From positions 110,872 to 174,871 of the forward strand of contig CALCNV010000140.1 in NCBI GenBank assembly GCA_937897645.1: a stretch of 64,000 nt of DNA. Direction: 5' to 3'. Numbering within the stretch: the stretch's first letter is position 1; every line of letters starts with the position of its first letter. The stretch is from an uncultured Lysobacteraceae bacterium. Its GTDB lineage: Bacteria > Pseudomonadota > Gammaproteobacteria > Xanthomonadales > Xanthomonadaceae. A model generated the notes under the pieces. It did no database searches. It worked only from the letters and a program-made list of their open reading frames with translations, and was not told the DNA's origin. This document shows positions 9,507 through 19,579 of this stretch, piece by piece. A program made the position numbers and the translations under genes.

Positions 9507-10603
9507 GCTTCTGGCCCTTGGGAGTTGGAAACGGCGCGGCGTGACTTGATATTGCGGAAAACCACCACAAACAGTGTTATCACGGTCAACGGCATTGCCA
9601 CGAACAGCATGGCGAATCGGAAATCCTCCAGTCCCTCATGCCGTGAAGCCGCCATCAGCAGGTAGGACGTATACGCGATGTAGTAGCCAAGGAACAGGGC
9701 GCCTTCCCAGCGTGCGATGCGGTGCCCGGTGAAGAAAATTGGAAGGCAGGCGACGGCCACCGCCGTCATCACCGGCAGGTCGAAACGCAAGGCCGAGGCG
9801 CTGACCGGCACGCCGTCGTTGGCGACCATCGCGGTCGCGCCCAGCACCAGCAGCAAGTTGAAGATGTTGCTGCCGACGATGTTGCCCACCGCAAGGTCGC
9901 GCTGGCCACGTATCGCGGAAAGGACCGACGTGGCGATCTCCGGCAGTGACGTGCCGACTGCGACCACGGTCAGGCCGATCACGAGTTCGCTCAGGCCGAA
10001 GGCGACCGCCATTCCGGTCGCGGCCTTCACCAATAGTTGCGCGCCGGCTACCAGCATCGCCAGGCCACCCGCCATCAACAACAGCTGCCTGGGAACACCT
10101 GGCTTCGGCGCTGTCGCCTCAGCGTCAAGCGCGGGATCGTCCGGCACCTGCTCGGGATGGCGACGTGCAAGGACAATCAGGAACACGATGTAGGCGATCG
10201 CACAAACGACCAGCACGCCGCCTTCCCCGCGCGCGATGTGGCCGTCGAAAGCCATGCCGAAGCACAGGATCGAGGCGGCGATCATGATGGGTACATCCAG
10301 CCACACCAGCTGCCGATGCACCACGAGCGGCGCGACCAGGGCAACCAGTCCAAGGATGAGCAGCACGTTGGCTATATTGCTGCCGACGATGTTGCCCAGT
10401 GCAAGGTCAGGCGTGCCCGAGAGCGCTCCGCCGATGCTGATGGCCATTTCCGGCGCGCTGGTGCCAATGGAGACGACGGTCAGGCCGACGATCACCGGTG
10501 CAAGGCCCAGGGCGAGCGCCAGCCGCGAGGCGCCGCGCACCAGCAGTTCCGCGCCCAGCAGCAACAGGGCAAGCCCGGCGAGGAAGAGCAAGGTGAGCAT
10601 CAT
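9503..10603 (-). CDS. Ca2+/Na+ antiporter (YrbG/CaCA family)
   Basis: Two alpha repeats GTSAPE/GTSLPE with GNIVGSNI; overlaps the purD start (ATGA). Confidence 0.92.
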   Translation of the reverse strand: MMLTLLFLAGLALLLLGAELLVRGASRLALALGLAPVIVGLTVVSIGTSAPEMAISIGGALSGTPDLALGNIVGSNIANVLLILGLVALVAPLVVHRQLVWLDVPIMIAASILCFGMAFDGHIARGEGGVLVVCAIAYIVFLIVLARRHPEQVPDDPALDAEATAPKPGVPRQLLLMAGGLAMLVAGAQLLVKAATGMAVAFGLSELVIGLTVVAVGTSLPEIATSVLSAIRGQRDLAVGNIVGSNIFNLLLVLGATAMVANDGVPVSASALRFDLPVMTAVAVACLPIFFTGHRIARWEGALFLGYYIAYTSYLLMAASRHEGLEDFRFAMLFVAMPLTVITLFVVVFRNIKSRRAVSNSQGPEA

Positions 10604-10624
10604 CGGGGCGTCATCCGGCGCGTA

Positions 10625-12238
10625 TCAATGCCTGAAATGTCGCACGCCAGTAAACACCATCGCCAGCCCATGCTCATCCGCCGCGGCAATGACTTCATTG
10701 TCGCGCATCGAGCCGCCCGGCTGGATCACCGCCTTGATGCCGGCTTCCGCCGCGGCATCGATGCCGTCGCGGAATGGGAAGAACGCATCGCTGGCCATCA
10801 CCGAGCCGGGCACCACCAGGTGCGCATCTGCCGCCTTGATGCCGGCGATGCGCGCCGAGTACACGCGGCTCATCTGCCCGGCGCCGACGCCGATGGTGCG
10901 GTTGTCCTTCGCATAGACGATGGCGTTGGACTTCACGTACTTCGCCACCTTCCAAGCAAACAGCAGGTCGGCGAACTGGGCCTCGGTCGGCGCCAGCTTG
11001 GTCACTACCTTGAGGTCGTCGCGCGTCACGATGCGATCGTCGACCGTCTGCATCAGCAGTCCGGAGCCGATGCGCTTGGTGTCGATGAATCCGGTCGAGG
11101 CCGCCGCGAGCGGAATGCGCAGCACGCGTACGTTGGCTTTCTTCGTCGCGTAGTCCAGCGCGCCCTGCTCGTAGTCCGGCGCGATCAGCACCTCGACGAA
11201 CTGTCGATCCAGGATGGCCTTGGCCGTCGCCGCATCCAGCGTGCGGTTGAAGGCGATGATGCCGCCGAAGGCGCTGGTCGGGTCGGTGGCATAAGCCAGT
11301 TCGTACGCGTCGCCGCAGGCAACACCGACGGCCACGCCGCAGGGGTTCGCGTGCTTTACGATCACGCAGGCTGGCGCGTCGAACTGGCGCACGCATTCCC
11401 ACGCCGCATCGCTGTCGGCGATGTTGTTGTAGCTCAGTTCCTTGCCCTGCAGCTGCGTGAACGTCGCCAGGGAGCCCGGGGCCGGATACAGGTCGCGGTA
11501 GAACGCCGCCTGCTGGTGCGGATTTTCGCCGTAGCGCAGGTCCATGACCTTGACGAAGCTGCCGTTGGCCTGGGCCGAGAACACGTCACGTGCCGGAACC
11601 TCGCCGGATGCGTCGGTGATCGACGACAGGAAATTGCTGATCGCCGCGTCGTACTGCGCCACGCGGTTGAAGGCAGCGACGGAGAGTGCGAAGCGTGTCT
11701 GTCCGGAAAGTGCGCCGTCGTTCGCGTCCAGTTCCTGCACGATGCCGGCGTATTGCGCGGGATCGGTCGCCACGGCAACGCGCGCGAAGTTCTTCGCGGC
11801 CGAACGCAGCATCGCGGGGCCACCGATGTCGATGTTCTCGACGATGTCTTCCATCGTGCTGCCGGCCTTGGCCGCAACCTGTTCGAAGGGGTAGAGGTTC
11901 AACACCAGCAGGTCGATCGCGGCGATGCCGTGCTCAGCCATGATTGCCTCGTCGGTGCCGGCACGACCCAGCAGGCCGCCGTGCACCAGCGGATGCAGGG
12001 TCTTGACCCGGCCGTCCATCATTTCCGGGAAGCCGGTGACGTCCGAGACGTCGCGAACGGCCAGGCCTGCGTCACGCAATGCCTTCGCCGTGCCGCCCGT
12101 GGACAGCAGTTCGACCTGGCGGGCCGCCAGCGCAGTAGCCAGTGCGACCAGTCCGGTCTTGTCGGAAACGGAGAGCAATGCCCGGCGAATCGTCACGGGG
12201 GTGCCAGGCAGGGCAGCTGGCTGGGAAGCAGGCGTCAT
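10625..12238 (-). CDS. purH: Bifunctional AICAR transformylase/IMP cyclohydrolase
   Basis: [41 protein letters not shown]. Confidence 0.97.
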   Translation of the reverse strand: MTPASQPAALPGTPVTIRRALLSVSDKTGLVALATALAARQVELLSTGGTAKALRDAGLAVRDVSDVTGFPEMMDGRVKTLHPLVHGGLLGRAGTDEAIMAEHGIAAIDLLVLNLYPFEQVAAKAGSTMEDIVENIDIGGPAMLRSAAKNFARVAVATDPAQYAGIVQELDANDGALSGQTRFALSVAAFNRVAQYDAAISNFLSSITDASGEVPARDVFSAQANGSFVKVMDLRYGENPHQQAAFYRDLYPAPGSLATFTQLQGKELSYNNIADSDAAWECVRQFDAPACVIVKHANPCGVAVGVACGDAYELAYATDPTSAFGGIIAFNRTLDAATAKAILDRQFVEVLIAPDYEQGALDYATKKANVRVLRIPLAAASTGFIDTKRIGSGLLMQTVDDRIVTRDDLKVVTKLAPTEAQFADLLFAWKVAKYVKSNAIVYAKDNRTIGVGAGQMSRVYSARIAGIKAADAHLVVPGSVMASDAFFPFRDGIDAAAEAGIKAVIQPGGSMRDNEVIAAADEHGLAMVFTGVRHFRH

Positions 12239-12327
12239 GGGAAGGCAGCGCGGGGAAGGTGGTGCGAATTATAACTTCCGCAGCGCAGCACCAACGTGCG
12301 CAGGACTGCCGTGTTCGCGATGCGAAC

Positions 12328-12597
12328 TCAGGACAGCCCGTAGTCCTTCAATTTCTTGCGCAGGGTGGCGCGGTGGATGCCCAGCAGGGCTGCCGCGCGG
12401 CTCTGGTTGCCTTCGCAGTGGTTCAGCACTTCCACGAACAGCGGGATTTCCATCTCACGCAGGACGATCTCGTACACGTCGTCGGCGTCGCTGCCGTCCA
12501 GGTCACGCAGGTAACGACGCACGGACTGGGCCACGTGGTCGCGCAACGGCGGTTTTGGAGTGCCGCGACTGGTGTCGTGGCGAGCGGCGGCATTCAC
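12328..12597 (-). CDS. fis: DNA-binding protein Fis
   Basis: [25 protein letters not shown]; upstream of purH. Confidence 0.92.
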   Translation of the reverse strand: MNAAARHDTSRGTPKPPLRDHVAQSVRRYLRDLDGSDADDVYEIVLREMEIPLFVEVLNHCEGNQSRAAALLGIHRATLRKKLKDYGLS

Positions 12598-12723
12598 TAA
12601 ACGAAATCCCCTGGTGGAACCTGGCGTGATGTTCCGTCGCGGTCATTGACGAATTCGACGGGGGAGCGAGTCTAGCGCGTGATCCGCGCGCGCGCATCCC
12701 TTTGTTTGCATTTTTTGCGCAGG

Positions 12724-13776
12724 TCAGCGGAAGTCGAACGAAAACGCGACCACGCCGGGGTTGGGTTCATGCAACTGCAAGGCAATGCTGGCGCTCTGGC
12801 CGGGCGCCAGTCCCGCCTGCGTCGCGGACTTGCCCAGGTATTCCTTGGGAGTAAAGGCGCGCGTACCGACTACGCGTCCGTCTGCGTCTGACAGCGACAG
12901 TTGCAGCAACGGCCAGTCCTGGGCCCAGGCGGCGTCGTTGCGAAAGGTGGCCTGCACGTGCAGGCCGCCGGGCGTGCCGATGATCGGGCGCACGTCGCGG
13001 CTGAGCATGGCGAATGCACCGGGTTGGTGCCAAGCCGGCACGTCGCATCCCAGCGCGTCGCAGAGTCGGGTGATTATCGGGCGCCAGTTTTCATCGGCGG
13101 CCAGGCGTGCGCGGTCTGCAACCAGCACCTGCAACACCAGCAGCAATGACAGCAGCACCAGCAAGGCCCATTGCCACTTGGCGGTGCGTGGATTCGTGGC
13201 GGAGTGCGCGGGTTGGCGAATGAAGCTGGGCGCGGCGACCACGTGCGGCGCGGGTGTCGATGGCGCGAGCACGGCGGATGTTTGTCTTTCGGACACTTCG
13301 ACGTCGACGTCGGCATTCTCGTCCGGGACGACGGGAGTCTCCGGAGATATTTCTTCGAGAACGGGTTCAGCCCCCTCATCGACAGGATCGCCGTTGCCAT
13401 CCTCGCCATTGATGGCATTGGCTGGCGTGTCTTCCGTGTTCCGAGATGCATCCGGGGCGATTTCCACTTCAGTTGCACTCATGGAATCGGGCTCAGCCTC
13501 CTGCGCAACTCCAGCTGCAGCTCGAACCTCGGCGACCTCTGCCTCTACAGGTGCATCGGCTTCGGCCTCGGCGCTCCTGCCCATCTGCAGGAAGCTGGCG
13601 ATGCTGGGCGTTCCCGCGGGCGAATCGTCCGCCTGCGACGTGCTTTCGGACGTCGATACGTCCTCGCCGGTGTCATTGCGCAGCGCGCCGCCGCAGCGCG
13701 GACACAGGAGTGGCGGCAGGCGCGTCTCGCGATCGGTGGCGACCAGCTCGCGGCAATGTGGGCAGGACATGAACAT
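12724..13776 (-). CDS. Zinc-ribbon + DUF3426 membrane protein
   Basis: CPHC..CPRC N-terminus, acidic linker, TM, periplasmic domain with WPLLQLSLSD..G..V..R.F.P.EYL; prmA-fis context. Confidence 0.85.
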   Translation of the reverse strand: MFMSCPHCRELVATDRETRLPPLLCPRCGGALRNDTGEDVSTSESTSQADDSPAGTPSIASFLQMGRSAEAEADAPVEAEVAEVRAAAGVAQEAEPDSMSATEVEIAPDASRNTEDTPANAINGEDGNGDPVDEGAEPVLEEISPETPVVPDENADVDVEVSERQTSAVLAPSTPAPHVVAAPSFIRQPAHSATNPRTAKWQWALLVLLSLLLVLQVLVADRARLAADENWRPIITRLCDALGCDVPAWHQPGAFAMLSRDVRPIIGTPGGLHVQATFRNDAAWAQDWPLLQLSLSDADGRVVGTRAFTPKEYLGKSATQAGLAPGQSASIALQLHEPNPGVVAFSFDFR

Positions 13777-13808
13777 GCGGCTATTCAAGCACGGGATTCA
13801 AAATCGGG

Positions 13809-13952
13809 GTAGGAGCGGGCCCTGCCCGCGATGCGCTTGCCTTGCCTTTGTAGGTCCGAGCTTGCTCGGATGCTCTTGATCTTCACGAAAAGCATCCGAG
13901 CAAGCTCGGACCTACAAAGAAACAAAGCATCGCGGGCAGGGCCCGCTCCTAC
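13809..13952. repeat. Nested REPIN: GGAGCGGGCCCTGCCCGCGA pair enclosing a CCGAGCTTGCTCGG pair
   Basis: Outer units 13809-13834 and 13927-13952; inner units 13850-13873 and 13892-13915. Confidence 0.9.
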
Positions 13953-13978
13953 TCGTCGTGGTGGGGCGCGCCGTCGAT

Positions 13979-14896
13979 TTAGCGGCGCACGCCGTCGATG
14001 CGCATCCAGTCGCCGTCCTGGGTGGCGACCAGGTGATCGAACCATGCGGCGTAGCGCACCAGCAGTTCGCCTTCCTGCCCTTGCAGGATGCCGGACAAGG
14101 CGATGCGTCCGCCGGGCGCGACGCGTGCGGCCAGGGTGTCGGCCAGTGCGTCGAGCGCCGAGGCGAGGATGTTGGCGACCACGACCGGATAGGTGGTCAC
14201 GAGTTCGTCCTGCGGAAGGTACAGGGCGAGTCGATCGCTGACGCCGTTGCGTTCGGCATTGTCGAAGGTGGCGATCAGCGCCTGTGGGTCGTTGTCCACG
14301 CCCACGGCCTTGGCGGCGCCCAGTTTGAGCGCGGCGAGCGCGAGGATGCCGGAGCCGCAGCCGAAATCGAGCACGCTGGCGTCGCGCAGCGTTCCTTCGC
14401 TGGCCAGTCGATCCAGCCAGGACAGGCACAGTGCGGTAGTGGGATGGGTGCCCGAGCCAAACGCGAGTCCGGGGTCCAGGCGCACGACGGCAGCATCGGC
14501 GTGATCCGCGTCTTCAGGCAGCTCCTGGTTCCACGGCACGATGAAGGTGCGCGCGCCAAAACGCAGCGGCACGTACTGGTCCATCCACGCGCGTTCCCAA
14601 TCCTGGTCTTCCACGCTGCGGAAGCTGGCGTTGGACCAGTCCAGTCCAGGGTCGAAGGACTCCAGCGCGGCCAGCAGGGCAAGCGCGTCGGTGTCGGCCG
14701 GGAACAGCGCGGTCAGCACCAGCGAATCCCACAACGGTGTCTCGCCGACGCCCGGTTCCAGGATCGCATGCTCGTTGCTGGTGTCCGCATCGGCGTCCAG
14801 CATGGTGACTGCCAATGCACCCACGTCTTCCAGCGCGTTTTCATAACGCGGCTGGTTGGATTCGCTGCAGCGGAGGGAGAGTTCGAGGTAGGGCAT
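13979..14896 (-). CDS. prmA: Ribosomal protein L11 methyltransferase
   Basis: [32 protein letters not shown]. Confidence 0.96.
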   Translation of the reverse strand: MPYLELSLRCSESNQPRYENALEDVGALAVTMLDADADTSNEHAILEPGVGETPLWDSLVLTALFPADTDALALLAALESFDPGLDWSNASFRSVEDQDWERAWMDQYVPLRFGARTFIVPWNQELPEDADHADAAVVRLDPGLAFGSGTHPTTALCLSWLDRLASEGTLRDASVLDFGCGSGILALAALKLGAAKAVGVDNDPQALIATFDNAERNGVSDRLALYLPQDELVTTYPVVVANILASALDALADTLAARVAPGGRIALSGILQGQEGELLVRYAAWFDHLVATQDGDWMRIDGVRR

Positions 14897-14905
14897 AAAT
14901 ATTCG

Positions 14906-15826
14906 TTATGTGAAACGAGATGCAACGTAATTTAGTGTCTTCAAGTTTCCCTCAGTAGCGGTTACCCAACTTGGGACTGCTCTCATGGAGCTTCGGGTAT
15001 CGTCCATATAGATAAACTCAACGGAAAGAACCTGGAACATTCTGTTAGATAGATCAAATTGCTCGATCGTATGCATTTCTTTTACAGGCCTGTTGTTTCG
15101 CATATCAGTGCCTGGGGGGTCAAGAAGGTACTTGACTGGTGCTGTTGCAACTTTGCCCGAGAAAGTTATTTTCTCGGAGTCGACATAGGTTTTGCATTTG
15201 CCGAACTCGTTAACCAAAAACCAGGAAATATCGCTCGCGCGCTCGCTTTCCGCTGGCTGGCTGTCTAGTTCTTCAAATTTATTCATGCCTCTCAGTCTAT
15301 GTGCCTCAGGCGCCAAAACAGAAAGGCTTCCTTTGATCGCCTTAAGAATGTGTTGTTTAAAGGCAGGAAGGCCATCAAACCCTGCTTGAGGATCTCTTTT
15401 TAATCCGCGACGAAAAACGTAGCCCAGGCGCAGGTAGAAAACGTTAGAGAGCTGATCAATAAAAGATTCTTTCATGGCTCCAGATTCTGAGCCCCGAAGC
15501 ATGGTTATGAACTCTTTGTCTTTGCGCCAAGCCTCGGGGATTTTTTCAATTATTCGCACATGCCATAAATCCTCCATAAACACACAAATGAGAATTCTAT
15601 GGGCTGAAACTCCGAATTTCGCAGCGTCTACAGTCAAGGGAATTTTTTGAGTAACGTCCAAGAACTCTGAGTAATAACCATGAACCAAGTTTTTCGATGA
15701 ATTTATTGCGTACCTGTGAATCTCTCGCAAGAAAGAGTGCAGCTCCGGGTCTTCTTTTGCTATTTCTATAGATCCCTGCCTGTCAATTTTTTTGTATATA
15801 AGCCATTTCCTCAGATTTGAAATCAT
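14906..15826 (-). CDS. Low-GC hypothetical protein; C-terminus resembles surface-adhesin-E-like domain
   Basis: 306-aa ORF in an AT-rich island; W.LV.....YVD...I...G....EQFD....FQV pattern (weak, by eye). Confidence 0.65.
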   Translation of the reverse strand: MISNLRKWLIYKKIDRQGSIEIAKEDPELHSFLREIHRYAINSSKNLVHGYYSEFLDVTQKIPLTVDAAKFGVSAHRILICVFMEDLWHVRIIEKIPEAWRKDKEFITMLRGSESGAMKESFIDQLSNVFYLRLGYVFRRGLKRDPQAGFDGLPAFKQHILKAIKGSLSVLAPEAHRLRGMNKFEELDSQPAESERASDISWFLVNEFGKCKTYVDSEKITFSGKVATAPVKYLLDPPGTDMRNNRPVKEMHTIEQFDLSNRMFQVLSVEFIYMDDTRSSMRAVPSWVTATEGNLKTLNYVASRFT

Positions 15827-15860
15827 GGACTCTTTCCTAATGCGCTGCCGCTAGATTGAC

Positions 15861-15925
15861 GGCCTAACCAGCTCTGAAATCGAATGTAATGGAATTGGTC
15901 TTTGCGATAGAGAATGAATTTACTA
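15861..15925 (-). mobile_element. Eroded attC-like spacer between the two low-GC ORFs
   Basis: Minus strand reads TAG-TAAATTCATTC...TTCAGAGCTG-GTTAGGCC, ending in a perfect GTTRRRY core; internal palindrome largely lost. Confidence 0.4.
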
Positions 15926-16228
15926 TCTCTCACCTAGAGTCCATGACTGTAGTGCTTTCTCATTGCGTCGAATCTTTGGATGCCGCGAACAAAGTGCAGC
16001 AACACGATCCTCGGATAAATTTGTGTTCGCGGATATCGCTGAGGTAGTTCGAAAATTTAGGTCACTAACATTCTCGGAGTTCTGTAAAAAACTATAGATA
16101 GTCGCGCTATCGCGTCGATCTTTAAGCTTTCGCAAGCCCCAGCTCGTGCCAGCCAGAATTGCTGCGCCGACGAGTGTCGAAGTTAGAGCGTTATTGCTTA
16201 TGAAGCTAATGAAACGACTCATGCACAA
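15923..16228 (-). CDS. Low-GC small protein: N-terminal TM plus winged-helix-like tail
   Basis: Hydrophobic N-terminus; FRTTSAISANTNLSEDRVAALCSRHPKI. Likely ATG at 16222 after AAAGGA. Confidence 0.65.
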   Translation of the reverse strand: MCMSRFISFISNNALTSTLVGAAILAGTSWGLRKLKDRRDSATIYSFLQNSENVSDLNFRTTSAISANTNLSEDRVAALCSRHPKIRRNEKALQSWTLGER

Positions 16229-16276
16229 TCCTTTGTTGTAGCGCTATCTATAAAGTGTCTTTGGATTCAATTGTAA

Positions 16277-17644
16277 TTACACCAGCGCAATCGACTTGTT
16301 CTTCCGCTCCGCCAGCCGCTTCTCGAGGTAGTGGATGTTCTGGCCGCCGGCCTGGAAGCCCAGATCGCGCATGATGTCCTGCTGAAGCGGGATGTTGGTC
16401 TTGATTCCGTCCACCACCATCTCGCTCAGGGCCACGCGCATGCGTGCGATCGCCGTTTCGCGATCCGGGCCGTGCACGATCAGCTTGCCGATCATCGAAT
16501 CGTAATTCGGCGGCACGCGGTAGCCGGTGTAGATGTGCGTGTCCACGCGTACGCCGGGGCCACCCGGCGGATAGAAGCCGGAGATCAGGCCGGGACTCGG
16601 CGCGAACGTATCCGGGTCTTCCGCATTGATGCGGCACTCGATGGCGTGGCCGCGCAGCACGATGTCCGATTGCTTGATGGACAGCTTGCGTCCAGCGGCA
16701 ATGCGCAACTGCTCGCAGACCAGGTCGATGCCGGTGATGCGTTCGGTGACCGGATGCTCCACCTGGATGCGGGTGTTCATTTCGATGAAGTAGAAACGGC
16801 CGTCCTCGTAGAGGAATTCGAACGTGCCCGCGCCGCGGTAGCCGATGCGGATGCACGCTTCCACGCAGACCTTGCCGATTTCGTTGCGCTGTTCCTCGGT
16901 GATACCGGGTGCCGGTGCTTCTTCCACTACTTTCTGGTGGCGGCGTTGCATCGAACAGTCGCGTTCACCGAGATGGATAGCGCCGCCCTGGCCATCGGCA
17001 AGTACCTGGATCTCCACGTGGCGCGGATTCTCCAGGAATTTCTCCATGTAGACCTGGTCGTTGCTGAAAGCGGCTTTCGCTTCGGCCTTGGTCGTGCTGA
17101 TTGCGCTGCTCAGCGTGCCCTCGGCGTGCACCACGCGCATGCCGCGCCCGCCGCCGCCGCCCGCGGCCTTGATGATGACTGGATAGCCGATCTCGCGCGC
17201 GATGCGGGTGTTGGTGACGATGTCGTCGTCCAGCGGCCCGCCCGAGCCGGGCACGCAGGGCACGCCCGCCGCCTTCATGGCACGGATCGCCTCCACCTTG
17301 TCGCCCATCAGGCGGATGGTGTCGGCCTTGGGGCCGATGAAGATGAAGCCGGATTGCTCCACGCGTTCGGCGAAGTCGGCGTTCTCGCTGAGGAAGCCGT
17401 AACCCGGGTGGATCGCCTGCGCGTCGGTGACTTCCGCGGCGGCGATGATCGCCGGCACGTTGAGGTAACTGTCCTTGGACGCGGCCGGGCCGATGCACAC
17501 CGATTCATCGGCCATCGCCACGTGCTTCAGGTTGCGGTCGACCGTGGAATGCACGGCGACCGTGCGAATGCCCATGGTGTGGCAGGCGCGCAGGATGCGC
17601 AGCGCGATTTCGCCGCGGTTGGCGATGACGACTTTATCGAGCAT
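16277..17644 (-). CDS. accC: Acetyl-CoA carboxylase biotin carboxylase
   Basis: [35 protein letters not shown]. Confidence 0.97.
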   Translation of the reverse strand: MLDKVVIANRGEIALRILRACHTMGIRTVAVHSTVDRNLKHVAMADESVCIGPAASKDSYLNVPAIIAAAEVTDAQAIHPGYGFLSENADFAERVEQSGFIFIGPKADTIRLMGDKVEAIRAMKAAGVPCVPGSGGPLDDDIVTNTRIAREIGYPVIIKAAGGGGGRGMRVVHAEGTLSSAISTTKAEAKAAFSNDQVYMEKFLENPRHVEIQVLADGQGGAIHLGERDCSMQRRHQKVVEEAPAPGITEEQRNEIGKVCVEACIRIGYRGAGTFEFLYEDGRFYFIEMNTRIQVEHPVTERITGIDLVCEQLRIAAGRKLSIKQSDIVLRGHAIECRINAEDPDTFAPSPGLISGFYPPGGPGVRVDTHIYTGYRVPPNYDSMIGKLIVHGPDRETAIARMRVALSEMVVDGIKTNIPLQQDIMRDLGFQAGGQNIHYLEKRLAERKNKSIALV

Positions 17645-17654
17645 GGCGCGCGCC

Positions 17655-18131
17655 TCAGCCGATTACGAACAGGGGCTGGTCGAATTCAACCGGCGATCCG
17701 CTTTCGGTCAGTACGGCCAACACGGTGCCGGATACGTCGGCTTCGATCGGGTTGAACATCTTCATCGCTTCGATGATCGCCAGCGTTTCGCCAGCTTTCA
17801 CCGACTGGCCGATGGTGACGAAGGCGGGCTTGTCGGGCGAAGGCGAGGTGTAGAACGTTCCGACCATCGGCGCGCGCATCACGTGGCCTTCCGGGTGCGG
17901 GTTGGCGGGTTTGGCGTTGCCGCTGGAAGCGGATTCCGCCGGCGTCGACGCAGGTGCTGCGGCAGCGGGGCGTGCTTCGGCCGGTGCAGCCGCATATACG
18001 GGTGCGGCGCTGTAATTGCCCTTGGGCACGCGCGCCAGGCGCACGCTTTCTTCGCCTTCCTTGATCTCGATTTCGGCGAGATTGGATTCTTCCAGCAGGT
18101 CGATGAGTTTCTTGATCTTGCGCAGGTCCAT
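17655..18131 (-). CDS. accB: Biotin carboxyl carrier protein
   Basis: [22 protein letters not shown] biotinylation motif. Confidence 0.97.
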   Translation of the reverse strand: MDLRKIKKLIDLLEESNLAEIEIKEGEESVRLARVPKGNYSAAPVYAAAPAEARPAAAAPASTPAESASSGNAKPANPHPEGHVMRAPMVGTFYTSPSPDKPAFVTIGQSVKAGETLAIIEAMKMFNPIEADVSGTVLAVLTESGSPVEFDQPLFVIG

Positions 18132-18196
18132 GGTGGCCTCTGTGGTTGGGTGGTCGCGCCGGTGGCGGCGCGTGGCAGGTAGGGAAAAAGAAGACG

Positions 18197-18637
18197 TCAG
18201 GTGGAAAGGCGTTTGAGAGCGGCATCCATCGCGTAGCGGTAGCTGTCGGCGCCGAAGCCGCAGGCCACGCCGACCGCCAGGTCGCTGAAATAGCTGTGGT
18301 GGCGGAAGGCTTCGCGCGTGTGCGGGTTGGACAGGTGGATTTCGATGAACGGGATCGCCACTGCGGCCAGCGCATCGCGCAGGGCCACGGAGGTGTGGGT
18401 GAAGGCGGCTGGATTGATCAGGATGAAGGCGGTACCGTCGCCGCGGGCGGCCTGGATACGATCGACCAGGGCGTGTTCGGCGTTGGATTGCAGGGCTTCG
18501 ACCTGGTGGCCGGCCGCCGCGGCTTGCGCCGCCAGGCCGGCGTCGATTTCGGCCAGGGTGGTGCGGCCGTAGACCTCGGGCTCGCGGGCACCCAGCAGGT
18601 TCAGGTTGGGGCCGTGCAGGACCAGCAGCTTTGCCAT
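18197..18637 (-). CDS. aroQ: Type II 3-dehydroquinate dehydratase
   Basis: [32 protein letters not shown]...RE.FRH.S. Confidence 0.96.
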   Translation of the reverse strand: MAKLLVLHGPNLNLLGAREPEVYGRTTLAEIDAGLAAQAAAAGHQVEALQSNAEHALVDRIQAARGDGTAFILINPAAFTHTSVALRDALAAVAIPFIEIHLSNPHTREAFRHHSYFSDLAVGVACGFGADSYRYAMDAALKRLST

Positions 18638-18758
18638 CGAACGCTCCAGCAGAAGGAGCGCAGTCTGCGTGATGACGGTAATGCTGTCCAGTTCGCAGAA
18701 GTTACAGGCGATTTAAGCGATTGTTTGAATCTGCAGGTTGTCGGCCAGTGCCGCTTTT

Positions 18759-18934
18759 ATGGAAGCGGCGTCCCGCCGCGAGCTTGTACGTGTGGAGTCT
18801 GTTCTACCGGGAGAACCAGAAATTTGTAGGTCCGAGCTTGCTCGGATGCTTTATCGCTTCGAATCCAGAGCATCCGAGCAAGCTCGGACCTACAAAGAGC
18901 GAGTCAAGGGCTCGCGGCGGGACGCCGCTCCCAC
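18759..18934. repeat. Nested REPIN: GTGGGAGCGGCGTCCCGCCGCGA pair enclosing a CCGAGCTTGCTCGG pair
   Basis: Outer units 18759-18783 and 18910-18934; inner units 18826-18849 and 18870-18893. Confidence 0.88.
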
Positions 18935-18979
18935 ATCGCCCCGCTCCCACACCACCTCGTCCGACAACGATTGGTTTCT

Positions 18980-19579
18980 TCAGGGCAGCTTGGCCCAGCC
19001 TTCGATCTCGCCGTGTTCGAAGGGGCCGACTTTCTGTTTAACGATTTTTCCATCCGCGCCCACCAGCACCGTATACGGCAGCACGCCCTTGCGGTTGCCC
19101 AGCCACACGCTGGCGTCGGCCGGGCCGGGGGTTTCCACCAGGATCGGATAGCTCACCGGCACCCGCTTCAGGAAATCGGTGATCGCGTCCGGCGTATCCA
19201 GCGCCAGGCCGATGACTTGAACCCCGGAGCTTCCCTGCGATGCGGCGAAACGCTCCAGTTCCGGCATTTCCTCAATGCAGGGGCCGCACCAGCTGGCCCA
19301 GACATTGATCAGCAGTGGGCGGCCGGCGAAGGCATCCGGCAGAATTTGTTTGCGGCCCTCCAGATCCGGCAATTCAATGCGCGGCATGGCGTCGCCGGGC
19401 TTGGCAGGGATCACGCCTTGGGGTGGCTCGGGTGCGGTCGCATCGAGTACGGACTGCAAACCACGCTGTCCGACTTCCGTGCGCAGGAGCGGGCTTCCGC
19501 CGAACCACAGGCTGGCCAAAAGCCCCAGGGCGCCGGCGCAGACCGCTACCACCAGCACGCGTGTGGTGGTCACCTTCAT
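18980..19579 (-). CDS. TlpA-family thiol:disulfide oxidoreductase
   Basis: LINVWASWCGPCIEEMP motif; N-terminal anchor. Confidence 0.92.
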   Translation of the reverse strand: MKVTTTRVLVVAVCAGALGLLASLWFGGSPLLRTEVGQRGLQSVLDATAPEPPQGVIPAKPGDAMPRIELPDLEGRKQILPDAFAGRPLLINVWASWCGPCIEEMPELERFAASQGSSGVQVIGLALDTPDAITDFLKRVPVSYPILVETPGPADASVWLGNRKGVLPYTVLVGADGKIVKQKVGPFEHGEIEGWAKLP

